Made by a program: the position numbers and the translations under genes. The notes under the pieces are model-generated. The model had not been told where the DNA came from, did no database searches, and was given only the letters and a program-made list of their open reading frames with translations. From assembly GCF_008831285.2 (NCBI RefSeq), contig NC_045138.2:16678001-16742000 (forward strand): a stretch of DNA of 64,000 nucleotides, given 5' to 3'. The stretch is from Nymphaea colorata. Taxonomy: Eukaryota. This document shows positions 1-14,080 of this stretch, one piece after another (position 1 is the stretch's first letter; the number at the start of each line of letters is the position of its first letter).

Positions 1-1642
1 AAGGCAGGCTTCGTTTCCATGGTTCCACTATAAACCAGGTTTTCACAATGTAATAATTTTCTTGAAATCCAGAGATTCTATGCCGCAGCACGTATTTGAT
101 TGACGTACTAAGCACCCTAATATAATTGGGAAACCGTGGATATGCTTTCATCTTACAAATTTCACGGATTTGAGTCGTTCACATTTTCCTAACCTTTCTA
201 AAAGCTCGTATAGATCCCAAAGTTAACTAGTTGATTCAGTTCCTGCTGTAAATAGAACAAGATCAAAAACATTTCAATTCAAACCGAATATTAAAACCTC
301 TTGTTGTCAGCCTTTTTTTTTTTCCTGCAGGCCATAGCTCCTTTGTGGGAGGAGAGAGAGAGAGAGAGAGAGACCTGGCTAATGATGTTACGTGTGAGAG
401 CTGAGATTTTGGAGATTTTGGGGCCTGGGAAAAAGAAAACGCCTCTTGTCCAAAAGGTACAAAGTTGCACCTCCCAAGCTTGATTTCCTTGATTAATAGC
501 TCTCTTTCAGCAGCAGTTTTCTCAGAGAAGAAACAGAAGCATTTTTGTTTGATGGTGCTACTGTGGACCCTCCTCTGCCACTTTTCTCTAACGTGGTGTT
601 TTGATTTTTACCTTCTCGATTCAATAAAGTTTTGGTGGAAATAATACCAGTAGCCAGTAGAGACAGGTGATTTTCTTCTTTCTCTTTTTTTCTTTTTTTT
701 TTGGGTGTGTGTTTGTGGTTCTTCTAAGGCAGGAGGAAATTTCCTGTACGTGACCAAGTGCAGAAACTAGAACATCTTTGGACTTGTGCTTCTGTGCTCT
801 CATTTCTTTCTTTGATTCTTATCTAGCTTCTGGATTCTCCATTTTTAAAAATTTTAAGAGGACTTGAGAGTGCTTTTTCCTGATTTCTTCTCACATTGAT
901 TGTGGTACAGCCCAAAAGCAAAAGAAAGTTGTTCTTTTTTCTTATTTGGTAGTTGCGTCCTTTTCCAAAAGTATTGTCACTTTTTTCGGTGCTATTGCTC
1001 TGCAGATGCTGTACTTGGTCAGTGTTCCCTGCTACTGCTTTTTCTCAGATTGTGATTGGCGTATGCATTCATGGAAGCAAAGAAAAGAACACTAACCATT
1101 TTTCTTAACTCTGTCGTTCTTTGGTATACCTTCAGCTAATTTCGTCAGCATCTTTGTTACTGAATTCTACCTGTTGCAGTGATTAGCTTACCTGACGCAT
1201 AAGAAAGCCAAAAAAGTACTGTTTTCCTTCTCTACTGATAGTTATGGAAATTTTAAATGGATATTAAATGGAAAGTGACGCAAATGAAAACTTTTGATTG
1301 CAGCTCAGTATCCATGTTACTCATGCTGCTTATATCCGTATCTTGTTTTCCCACGGAACGTAATTTCATTCATGAGTTAGCGTTGCTTATGAAAACCTGT
1401 AATATTGTCTGTGACACTTAATATGCGTATGCTTACTATATACTCTGCCATTACTGTTTATGCTTCTTCTTCTTCAAGAATTGCTTGGTAGCACAGAAAG
1501 AGATAGCCGTTACTCGTAACCTTTTTCATTTATGTTGGTCTCTCCCCCATCCATACGCCATTTTCTTTAGTACGTCTATGCATCTTTCCTAAAGATTTCA
1601 GTCTTGATCAGAAGCTCAACTTTTTAACCAAGGCCTATTAAC

Positions 1643-4622
1643 ATGGTGTTGCAAGATTCATCTCATGCATCTGCTTCATCTCTTCATGTTCAAGTCAATG
1701 CATATGAACTTCCGGGGGCCGAGGTAAAGCGGGGGACATGCGCAGAATCATGCAACTTACCAAGCATTAATTCGCTCGGGGAACGTATTTCTAGCTCCAT
1801 TAATCTTCTTCCTACCCCAGGTACTAAGAATGCTAGAATGGAGATGGGCAAACACGTTTCTGGTTCTATCAATCTTCTTCATGCTCCAGTCATCCATGAT
1901 CCTGGGATGAATATTTGCAGAGGAAGAAACTCAACTGCACTACATGCTGGTAAAGGCAGATATTACAGAAATTGCTGTTCCGAGGATAGCCATGATCTGT
2001 CGTTAAGCCTTCATTATTGCCATCCGCAGGCAACCGGCACACCCCCACAGAAAAGGCAAAATGACTTGAACATGAGATTCTCAAACTGTAACAGCTTTAC
2101 TGCAGAAAGCGTGGAGGATGGTCATAACAGAGCTCACAAGAAAAAGATTGGGAGAAATAACTTGTTAAGAGAGAAAGGATGTGCATATACTGCTTCAAAT
2201 TCATCAGTAGCAACGCAGATTGCTTCGCCATCAGAACTAGCATTATCCAAAGTAAGCATTAAGAATTCAAGGTTCCTGTCAGTAGCACAATCCCTGCTTG
2301 ATGAAGCTGTGAGCATCGGGAAGGATGTTGGTCCGGGTCCTCCGGGAGTATGGACACAGTGCTTCTTGCCAACACCTTGGAATATGACTGATAATCGGCC
2401 GGGAGGGATAACAATGTGCACCATGACAGATCAGCTGGTTGTTGATAGAGAAAGGATCATGGCGGACTGCCACCATCAATGCTCATCCTCAAGAAGAAAG
2501 GATCTCTGCATTAGAATCGATAAGCTTCTCAGCTTGCTGGATAAGGTTAGCAGTCGCTGACAAAGTGTTACCCTTTCTTTTATTTTCTATTTTCTTTGTC
2601 ATTGCGCATACGTTTTCGTATATTTTGTGCTTCATAGTTTAGAGAGAGAGAACTTTGTCTACTCCATTTTTCCAAACGCAGGCAGGCAATAAGCCCTTCA
2701 GATGGCTCAAAAAGATTACTCACAGCAGGCAGAGCTCTCTCTCTCTCCCTCTCTCTCTCTAAATTCAACCATGATACTTTATGCAACCTATCTACTTTCT
2801 ATACAACACCGCCAGCTTATGAGTTACTGGTGCATTTTACGTGGGTTCATTCCTTTCCCATGTTCAAAGCTGAGAAGAATCGTCAAGCAGGTCTGAAGAT
2901 TTGCGTGTCCTTATTTCATTATCACATAAAAACTAAAGGACCTTTTTTTGTTATAAAGATTAGCTCACTGGGTGCAGCTTTTTTAACACATGGAATACTG
3001 AAAAGGTAAAGCCTTTGGCAGATGGAAGGCATCACAGTTGCTAGTCAGTTGAATTTGGTTATACTGATGAAACTGGGTGTTACATGTTAGCAACGTCTGA
3101 TGCAAAGCTTAATGAAACTCATTAAGAAGAGCTGATTACAACACTAAATGCTGCTGAAATCTCGATTTTTTTAGCTGAGTTTATTAAATCTGACCACACA
3201 GATGCTATCTATATGTTCATTTGACAAGAACCTTGAATCATTGGAATCCAACTTGTGATCAACCATATCGATTAGCATGGCCTAATTCAACTAAAAGATT
3301 GTAATATTAACATTCAAGAGATAGCTGTCTAGTCTCGTGCGGAAGCTCTTACATTAAGTACGGACCTATTTGATAAGCGAAAGGGTCTCAAAATGAAATT
3401 TTACTGGTATTTTTTTTACTTAATTTCGTAATAAAGAGAACCATTTTTACTTGAATTTGGGGGCTCATTATGCTATGGTAAAATTACAGGATGTAGCTGA
3501 ATAATATGCTTCTTTCGAAAACTGTGTTGTACTATCTCCTCAGGGAAGCAATTTCCGTGGAGAGGAGTTTCCTGTGATTTAGACATCCCAACCATTTTCT
3601 AACAAACACTGTCAAAGAAATTAGAGAATTAAAGAGCATATTTTCTTCTATCCCCTTAATGGCTCTCTACAAAGCTACGAACTCCATTGTTTCCATTTTT
3701 CTTTTTCTTCTGCTTTTTCCTTCTTTTTTCGGGAGTGGAAAGGGAAGGAATAGGCATAAAAAGTGAAAAAAACTGCAATATTTGGCTTATAAGAGTTCTT
3801 GTACATATGCATCTTTTCTTTCTTAATCATTCATCTCTTACCTTCATAGGTTGAGAAGAGATACCAGGAGTACAACTCCAGCATGAAAAAAGTGACGACA
3901 TTGTTTGAGGATGCAGCAGGCAGCCATGCTGCCAAGTCATATACATCTCTAGCACAGGATACAGTAAATGGAAATTTTCAGTGCTTGAGAGATGCAATAC
4001 TTGCTCAAATCCATGCAACAAAAGGTCGTCTTGCAGCAGACTCACGGCAATGCAAGAACACGGCATCCAAGTTTTGTCCCATTCACCTGCATATCAGACA
4101 AGGAAGAGCTCCTCTACATTTGGACATGTCACAGTCCCAACAAGGTTGGCGGCAGCTAAGAGGACTACCAGAAAACTCAGTTGCGATTCTCCGGGCATGG
4201 CTGTTTGAGCACTTTCTTCATCCGTATGTACAATTTTTAAGGTTACTCGTGTATCTTACTTTATGCAGATATAATAGCAGTCTTCATTACCTTCTCTTTT
4301 GCCTTCTACCTTTTTGGTCTCAGATATCCTAATGATTCTGCGAAGCTTGCACTGGCAATGCAGACGGGCCTGACCAGGAACCAGGTAAGCATTTCACATC
4401 TTCTCTGCCTATCTCATGCTCTCAAGTGTAGTTTCCTGTATCTTCATATATGAGAATACTCTTAGAGCAGCACTTATTTAAACCAAGGCTTCATCACTGA
4501 ATCAGGTTTCTAACTGGTTCATTAATGCCCGTGTTCGACTGTGGAAGCCGATGATTGAGGAAATATACAGAGAGGAGATTGAACAGGCTGAAGCAGATGC
4601 CTATGGTCATGTTGAAGTATGA
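1643..4622 (+). CDS. BEL1-like TALE homeodomain transcription factor (BLH11/ATH1-like), about 484 aa, 4 coding exons
   Basis: Exons 1643-2545, 3850-4223, 4324-4384, 4506-4622 with GT-AG introns and continuous frame. SKY-like box [21 protein letters not shown] domain ([15 protein letters not shown]...[12 protein letters not shown]) and homeodomain [67 protein letters not shown] with the PYP TALE loop. The 61-bp homeodomain exon is typical of BLH genes. Confidence 0.93.
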
Positions 4623-7600
4623 ACGTTGGTACAATATTTAAAGGACAGATCATGGACTTGCTATTCATGTTATAGACAGTTGATCGCACCTGCAGGGCTA
4701 TCTAACAACACTGAAATGTCATTTCTCTGATTACTCATTTTCTGTTTCACGCAGTGCAATCTGGAGAAGCTGTTATTTGCGCAATTAATCTTTAGTTCTG
4801 CATTACTAATGAAGGAACTTCATTTGATGAGAAATAAGTTTTACTCATTCCACCAAATTCTGCAGAAACGGTGGAATCACTGAATACACCTGGTTTTTTG
4901 TTCGAAGTTTATAAGCTCGTGAAACTATATCATCGGTCATTGAGTTCAGGGAAACTGAATCACAAGGATTTGACTGTTTGGAACCAAAATCCCACTTCAA
5001 TCAGCACCGCAATACCAGATAAAAAAAGATTTGGTTACAATCAGCCTCACCATTCGGTCAAATCCCATCAGAAACCTGCTCAAATATGTCAAAACAAAAT
5101 TCACAATAACTCTTAGTTGGCAAACCTGGGAATCAAACTTGGATCGATAGATGATCGGGTTAGTGGGTCAGCAAGTTGACTTGGCAACTCTGCTGAGTCA
5201 TGTTGAAAATTTTTAGTGTATTTTTACTGTAATCTTGTAATGCAATCTACTATCTTTCATCCAGTATAGAGCAACATGATATTGGTTATGATTTGTCAAC
5301 AATTCTAACCATGAAAGAGGTCATGAATATATGAACGTTTGCTTAGTTTACATTTATATGTTTCTCTCTTTATACCAGCCATATGATTCTTCACGGACCT
5401 CTAGACATTTAGAAATTGATAGCGGGAACATATTTGTAAATGGTTGGACTAGCATTCCTTTAATGTCACTGATAATTCATGAGAGAAAAAATGCAAAAAT
5501 AATAACATGAGAATCAAGATGAATTTTTACATTTTAAAACAGTTAAACCCAAACTCAGGTGATTCTGATCCGAGTTACCGATCCAACAAGTCAGTCGATT
5601 CTTAGATGAGTCGCTTGAGCTTTGGTGTTGACTCACTTGGGTCCTCACTTGTGCACCAGTGAGAGGAGAATCCCGAGCTTACTCAAGCGATTTTCCAACG
5701 TTGGCCAATAATGTAATAACTGGCACTCACCTCTCCTGTGGATTCTCTTTGAGTTCAACTGAAGCAAGGGTTGTTTCGTAATAAGAACAGCAACAAACTG
5801 TTTAATATATTTGCCTTTATTTCTAGGGCATGTTCATGGACCAATTTGTTAATGTTCTTATAAAAGAGTGTTCGGTAACAAGAACATTGCTATCACATAA
5901 AAAACACAGTATTCTATGCATGTATCACCAAGATTGGGCTACATTCATGAAATATTGTATTTTGACACATGCACAAAATATTGCATTTTAAAAATCGCAG
6001 TGTTACTAATACCAAACTCCTCCTAAAAATCCCCACCTAATCAGGTGCAATCAGTCGATCAGAAGAAAAAACGGCATCGTGCTCAAGATAGAAAGGGGTT
6101 CTGACATGACAGAAGGATGAAAGCAGCCACCACGCCAACACCAGATTCAGGGCAAAATCGGCCAGTCAGATAGGAATATCCGCTGTGAAAGATTTCTGCT
6201 GCATTTAGTGGTCATAGGCTGTTGGTTATAAGTTGTGTGACGCCAGGAGATGACGGGCGGGCACGGCCCAACCATGGTGGAGGCTTCAACAATCCACCTA
6301 GAGAGGGTTAAGGGTTACAAGTGGTCTCGATCTGGATTGACAATTCTGTCTAATTTTAGCCCTAAACCAAATCAAAAGATTAAAAAAATCAAATATTTGA
6401 CCAAATCTGAGATGAGCTAGATTCATGCATACCCCATAACTGGTGCATGTGCCTGGCCTTGCCAATAAGCGTGTACTGCACCGAACTCATGCACCATGTT
6501 CCAGCATAGAAGAATTGTACATGGACAGACTGCAAATGAAATAGAAGGGGGATAGTAACAAAACCGCATATGATACAGTAATTTGTGACAACTTATTGGC
6601 TCCAGTTGAACTAACTGTACCGAAAAGGGCTCAAGCGAACCCAGTTAAATTGGTGGAGTTTATTGGATCCATCTGATAAATAGCGTGCTTCCACTCATGC
6701 TCCCTCCCCCTCCGAACCCAACTTTTTTAGTGTATTGACTTGGTTCCGGCCTTTCTTTTGCTAAAATTCACACTTGATATCCATTTTCACAAAATAAGAT
6801 GCCTGTCAGAGCTATTTTTCACGAATTCACTGAGACAAGAAAATGTCCAAGGCTTCACCTCTTCAATTTAAATATCATTTGGTTCATTTACAGTTTGAGA
6901 CATGATTAGTATTGGGGAAGACAATTACAACTTCTTCATGAAATTCACAAACTGAGACCACCATGCGCTTAGGGGAAATATTTACATTGCATACTTACAG
7001 ATGTTTCTTATCCAGCAACAAAGATCTGGTCCATCATTTGTCTTCATGCATGGAGAAGATTCCTCAAAGCGCCTTGAGGTAAAATAGCTGCAGAAAATGT
7101 ATATTTAGGAAAGTACTTAAACATTAATTTGGAAACAAGACCGAAAACATTGCATACCCATGCGTGAAATGACCACATAGCTTAAAGTACAATAGCTGAA
7201 ACGGAATATGAGTCCAACAAAGCTTACAGTGAGTATGGGTAGGTTCCCCCAGAATTTGAAATATGAAAGACAAAATTAACAGCACATGTCAGATTCACAT
7301 GAAGAGAAGCTGCAAGTTGCATGCCCAAAAAGAATATCTGCCACCAACCTGAAAATTGGTTTCCGCCGGCGTAATGTTTTTCCAAATCATAAATATACCC
7401 ACAAAAAAAAGAAAGATGCAACTTTGACGCAAATCTACAAAATTGAACTAGTCACTGATGAAGGTTCTTGTGGTAATAATTGCAATCGGGTGATAGGAAA
7501 GCTAGATGCAGTGGGTTGGTCAGACAATAGATTTGGTGATCCTGCAGTTACTGGAAGAACATGGTGGCAGTAACGGTGGTGGTGACGAACTGGTGCTATT

Positions 7601-8136
7601 AGTAGTTGTAGAAGCAGGTGGTATTAGTGGTGGTAGTAACAGGAGCACCAGTAGTATAATAGTGGTGGGGAAGGTAATGGGAGTAGCAGTATCAAGGCCA
7701 GTGGTCATGAATGTGGTGATAGTCGTAGCAGTGGTACATCACATGGACTTGAACAAATCATTTAACACTTCAAACGCAAGAACGGTCGAGCAATTGAGAG
7801 GAAATCATTTTTTTTTACCTTATCACTTTCTTCCAGCACATAAACAAGTTAAATCCACAGAATGACAGAGACTGAGTTGGACCAATTCCAGAAATAACTG
7901 GAAAACTTAACGAGTTACATCAATCTGTATCTGTAATGAGACAGCATTATCAACATTAAGCATCACCAAAGCCCCCAAGGCTCTGAATGCTCCAATTATA
8001 GCTGCACTGTAAGGGTTGTGGCCAGAGGATGGAAACCTTAAGAACAAAGATGTACCTTAAACAAAAAAGGTTCCATTGCTGCAAGATTTGACAGTTCATA
8101 GTTTGGACACTTTCTGTATCCGCAAAATCAGGTATC

Positions 8137-11100
8137 TCACCTGCAAGAAAACCATGATCTGTTATTATGATGATTAAGAAAATGATAATAAACAAAAATA
8201 AATCCACAGAAAGTTCACCTTCTATATAGGGTTTTAATATCATGCTTCAATAGAGGGCTTTCTAGGAATGTATCGTCACTATCAGATATGTCAATCTCAA
8301 CCATCTGGAATGCCTGAGGGGCGCACTGCTCAGTCCACTCAAACCACACTTTAGATATCAACTCCTTTCTAAAGGAAGTAATATGGTCTTCCTCTTCCGG
8401 GGAATCAGCAGCAACCATTCTATAAACATAAACCTTCTTGTTCTGTCCAGGTCGGAAAGCACGTCCAACTGCTTGACGTGTGACAGAAGGATTCAAATGG
8501 ACATCCAAAAATAATACACGAGAAGCTCCAACTAGAGATATCCCTTCACCACATGCTTTAATAGAACCAAACAAAACTTTTGCGTTTGGTGACTCGTTGA
8601 ATTGTTCTTCGGCTATAGCTCTTTCAACAGGCTTAGAGTCGCCTGAAATCTCAAAAATTTCTTTCCCTAAACTCCAACCCTTTTTCAGTATGACTAGCCT
8701 CTCTAAAAATTGTAATGGACGCAGATACTGTCCAAAGACTAGTAGCTTTTCTCCAAACTTTTCAGTTAGAGAGAGTATATTCAGGAAAAACTTTGTCTTA
8801 ATCCCATCATTCACATCCATCTTCTTTATAAGTTCATCAATTTTTTTGACATCAGCATTTTGGACTTCTTTCAAACATGGATGCATGTAGATTGCACTAG
8901 ATAAAAAACTCCTCTTGAACTTGCCACCCTCCACTTTTTCCATCTCTTGAACTGATACTTTTTGCTTTTGAGATAAATTTAAAATTACTGTGAAATCTAG
9001 TAGCCCAGGAAGCTCATCCAAAAAGTCTCCCCTGTAATAGTGAAGCATATCATTAGTAAGCTTTCTCAGTTCTTGTATTACAGTGGCTTTCAGTTTAGGG
9101 TCATCACTCTGCAGTGCCTCTTCGACCAAGTCAGAGAATGATCTCTCTGTCTGAGTCTTATGAATCCTTTTACCACCAAATACCATCTTTATCCTGCTTG
9201 AGATATGTCGTACAACAGCACGAGAAGACTCCAACTTGAAAAAATTTGGTCTAACAAGTTTCACGATGTTGAACACTTCCTTGACATGGTTCTGAAACAA
9301 AGTGCCTGAAAGAACCACTTTGCGTGGTGTTAGAACTTTAGCAAGGGAATGCAGTACATCTGTATCCTCATTCCTTGGAGTATGTCCCTCATCCAGAATA
9401 AGCAGGCCAGGAACTTTCAAGAGTATCTCCTGGCAGGCAGCTGTAAGTTTGTTTGGGTCCGCATCACAAATGATGCTTGAAAATTGTTTGTATCCTGAAA
9501 GTAGGATGCTCCTTTGATCTTTCCAGTTTTTCAAAATATGCAACTGCCGAGAACGACTCTCAGCCTTGTACAAGGAACACAAGGGTATGTCTTCAATCCT
9601 CCACTTTTGAAATTCCTTTCTCCATGTCTCTATGATCCCTTTAGGCAGGACAATTAGTGGCCTGGCATTTGGATACTTTGTCAAAAAACTTTGGATGAAA
9701 CTTATGACCAACATTGTTTTCCCTGAACCAGGTGCATGAGCAAGAATACAGCCTCCTGGTTTATCTATCAGTAGGTTCTTCTGCAGGAAACTGAACCCCT
9801 CCAGTTGATGTGCCCTCATTTGTTTGGCATGCCTTGGATGTATCGGAAGTTCAGCCAGGCTGAGATCCTCTATAGAGTTGGAAGGATTGGATAGCAGATC
9901 CGATTCCCTTTTGTCAAGTTCTTCTGAAGTAGAAAAGACATATTGAGAGCTGAATGAGGAGGTTTTTGTACTCTTTGAAACCTGTAATATCAAAGTATTA
10001 ATGAAAGTCAATACATAGTTCTTTTACACTTTAAAGGTAATCTACAGCAATCTATGTAACATGGGTACATCAGTTTTGGAGGAGTACCCATACCGGTTGG
10101 TGCGACACCAATACGGGTACGTGTACGCCGTCGGACACGGCCTGGGTACGGGTCAACACATACCGGGTACGGTCAACATATCCGGGTCCATGTCTATCCA
10201 AAAACAAACTCGGTCAACATTGACCAAGTCCATTTTTGTCCAAAAATTAGGGGTTTTTTGCCTTTCATATTTCCTTTTGAAAACATAGAGCCCTCAACGG
10301 AGTTGAGGGCTTTGTTTCATTCTTCTCCGCTGCTATTTGATGAGGAAGAACTCTGGTGACCTTCAGCGACCTCCAGCGGAAACAATTTGGGTGAACGCTG
10401 GCTGATTTGGGCGATAATTTTTCTGGCGACCTTCAGTGGTCTTCCTGCATCAACTATTTTTCTTTTTATTGTTGTTCTTAGTAGTATTTTTGTTTTTCTT
10501 CTTCTACTGGTTTGGCATTTTTTATCTTCTTTTTCTTCTTCGAAAAGCACCCTTTCTCTTTTACATTTATATGCAACCATGCTCCACAATGCTGAACTGT
10601 TCCAGTATTTTCTGTATTTGGTGCCTAACTCCTGTATTTTTTGTAATTGAGCCATTTGAGTTCAGCATTTAGCGCTTAGATTCCAGTTTCACAATATGTG
10701 TGTGTGTGTGTGTGTGTGTGTACGTCTGTATCACATGGGTGCAAGTGCAGACACCGGTGCAAAGCATTTTAGAAAAGGTTGGGTGTGGGGACAGCCACGT
10801 GTGAGTGTTTGGAAGATTTTAAACAAACAAACACATACATAATAGTTTACATTAACAAAATATAGATTACTAAACAAAAAACATCAAAATATACCCAGAA
10901 AAAAAATATACAAAAAATGAATCATCTGGGACATACCGCCTGCAACTCAGCCATGCGTGTTTAAGAAGGGTGTGGTGCCTTTCCAAGAGTGCCCATGTGA
11001 CACTATTACATACATATCTAACCCAGGATAAGACAAGAAAAAAATGCTGCTGTTTAGCATGGAACACGTGGGCAGTTCTGACAGGTTAGGAAACCCGTTT

Positions 11101-14048
11101 GGCTGTGGAACAATGAAATAAGAAGATAAAACTGAAAGCAGGGTGGTGAAAAAAAGGTCAAAACATAAGAATGAAGGATCAAACCCTTCGATGTTTCAAA
11201 TTAAACATGTCTGTCTTGCATGATGGGAAAGAGTGGGTTTTGACCAAAAAAATAAGGACAAGCTTGTCTTCGTTTATGGAAAGAAAAAACTATGTAGGAC
11301 CTCTCATGGTCCACTTCTGGTAGGACTTACAATTCATCCCAATAAGTTGTCACACTTCATGGCATTGATTGCATCTCATTTAACTACTTTTTTTTTTGTG
11401 TGAATTAAATTCGTTTTTATCGATTAGTTGCCAAATTCTGCCTCCATTTTTCTAGAGCTGAGGTACTCATTCTCCACCTGAGAGAATCTACTTATTAGAA
11501 AATGCAGACGGTTAAAAACTTGAAACTAATTCAAAATTTTACAAAAAACACAAACAGCTACCAAAACATGTGCAAGATTGAAGATGTGATATTTTGGATT
11601 TTGCTAAATTTAAATGCATTTCATATGCCTGTTTTGATGGAAACCATGTTTATACCTAAGGTGTCCAATAAGCCTTAGGTTTTAAGAAAACTGAAAGGAT
11701 ATGGCACTCACTAAAGCAAGGAACTCTATCCCTGACTCGACGACAAAGATGAAGCACAATAGGCACGGCTACTATGGCTGCTGACCAGCCATGTTCGAGC
11801 CAAGCTGGGCTGGCTCGAACTTCACTTGAGTCTCAAAAGGCACAACTCAAGCTCGGGTTTTAAGAAAAGTGAAAGGGTGTGAAGCACGGGCGCCCACTAG
11901 AGTCAGGGACTTTGTCCTTGACTCAACAACAAAGACGAAGCAGAGCAGGCACAGCCACAGCTACTAGGGCTGTTCACAAGCTGGGCTGGGCCAGATCAAG
12001 TCTCAAAAGGCACAACTCGAGATTGAGCTTAAGAAGGCTCAAACTCGACTGCCAAGCTGTTTTTTAAAAGAATGTTTTTTAACATCAATGGAAGAACTAG
12101 ATTTGAACTCTAAACCTGACCCTTGTTAGCTGAAGGAAACCCATTTGAAGTACTGTGATAATATTGTGAAATGCCTTCTACATAATCGCTTGCCATGAGC
12201 TTAATCGAGTTTAAAGGAGCCAATCCCACATAGCTCAAGCTAGACTTGTTTACTTAAGTGAGTCCATTTATTAACTCCAACTAGACTTGTTTATTAAATG
12301 AGTTGAGTTTGCTTTCGAGCTTATGCAAGTCGAGCTCGAGTTTATTTGACCCATTGAACAGCCTTAACAGCCACAAAGGCTGGCTCTCACAAATGATGAG
12401 AGTGATGAGGATGTGCAGCTGTAGCCATAAGAACTGGTGGACTCTCTCTTTTTCTCTCTCTTTGTCGCACACGCACAAAGGCATGGAAGAGGCAAAATGC
12501 CCGGCTCCGGCTGTTCATAATCTAGTAGTAACCAGAAGGTCCTGAACTCAAATCTATATGCTGGAAGCACACAAACAAGCATGATATAATCTCTTGGAAG
12601 CATAATACAGTTTAACAACCCAATAAGCCCCAAAAACATTTTCTATTTCTAAATAGTTGAGCTTATGTCTACTAGTTATCCATCAATAATAAGCTGATAA
12701 CATTCATTAAACTCATTATTAGAGAGAATCAACTTGCTAATTTTACATATGCAGCAAAAAACATATGATAGATATGGAGCCAAAACAAATAACAGAATAC
12801 AAACTATAGCAGATTAGCAGCAGAAGAACAACTCTGCAACTTCATGACTCATCAGTTAACCCAGCAAGTGACAATTAAACTATCCGTTAAAAGATATTAA
12901 CATGAGCACAAGCATCATCTGGCTTGAATATTATATACATCTCGACACTAGCAAATGCACAAGTCTGTCATAAATGCATTTTTAACAAAGAAAGTACAAA
13001 AAAGTAGGCAATTTGGCATTGTTCTAAGCTTCTGTACCTTTTTCCATTGATATTCAAAAATCATATCAATACTTTTTAGAACCACTCCACATGACTTGCA
13101 ATATAGACCCAAATCATCTTCCATAACAAGAGAATGCTCACATGTCTTCCCTCCATTATCAGGGACTTGACCACCATCAGGAACAGAAGTCTACCAGGGG
13201 GGAACAAAAAAAGTGACTAGAGTATTAGACATGCAGGAAAGTTTGCAATTACAAATTCACAGTTGTAGAAGTGAAAAGATCATTAACAAAGTTTCATGTG
13301 CCAGAAAAACAAAATAACTGTCGATATATTGATTTTTTGTAAATATGATGGTAATACAAGTTTTGTCATCACTGTTTCTGTCATTGTTTCTCTCATTAAT
13401 GTTTTCAACTTTTGTCATCACCAAGTTCAGTCAACCTATCTCTGGGCCAGAGGAAAATATTTGTCAAATTTAGTAGCACCCAGCACATCAGGATGGTTTC
13501 CAGGTAACATTTGTTTTTCTGTCAACTATGCTTTACAGTTGCAATCAATTTGATCTACAAATTGCTAAGAAGCTTGACCATAATAAGATGACCACATCAA
13601 ACCAAGTCTATAATAATGTAATCATTTACCATTTGGAGCATTATATGAACACTAGAGCTATCCCAAAGGCATCATACGGGATACAAAGTTAGATGATAGC
13701 ATATGAGTTGGATAAATAACTATTAGACTTACAATTAAACAAAGTGTTCATTGATATACAAAAATATATGGATTAGTTAATCCACATATGGTTATGTATT
13801 GTGCTTACAAACCAAGTCCAAACGCCAACCAGTAGTTGGAGAGACAATACGTGCAGAGGAAACTTAGGCGCTCTTCAATTTTTTCATAAATGACAAAATA
13901 TTTAAAAGTTGACGATAAAAACACAATGCAACAGTTTATGGTAGACGGTTTATTTTTAATGATGGCTTACGCTGCATTTAGCCATGGCTTTTAAATATTT
14001 AGCCAAGCCAGCAGATTGCAATTTTCCCATCCATATATATATATATAT

Positions 14049-14080
<32 letters not shown>

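Noticed and set aside
98..105. TGATTGAC TALE-type motif upstream of the BEL1-like gene (autoregulation)
   Set aside because: A single 8-mer in AT-rich DNA is compatible with chance.
6107..6127. tgacagaagga, resembling the 5' end of miR156
   Set aside because: Match ends after about 9 nt and no complementary star arm is visible.
7506..7865. Gly/Val-rich ORF and antisense Pro/Thr-rich ORF
   Set aside because: Explained by degenerate GGT/AGT triplet low-complexity DNA downstream of DRD1; no domain or splice support.
10317..10672. Overlapping hydrophobic and basic ORFs
   Set aside because: T-rich interior of an intronic element; compositional artefact.
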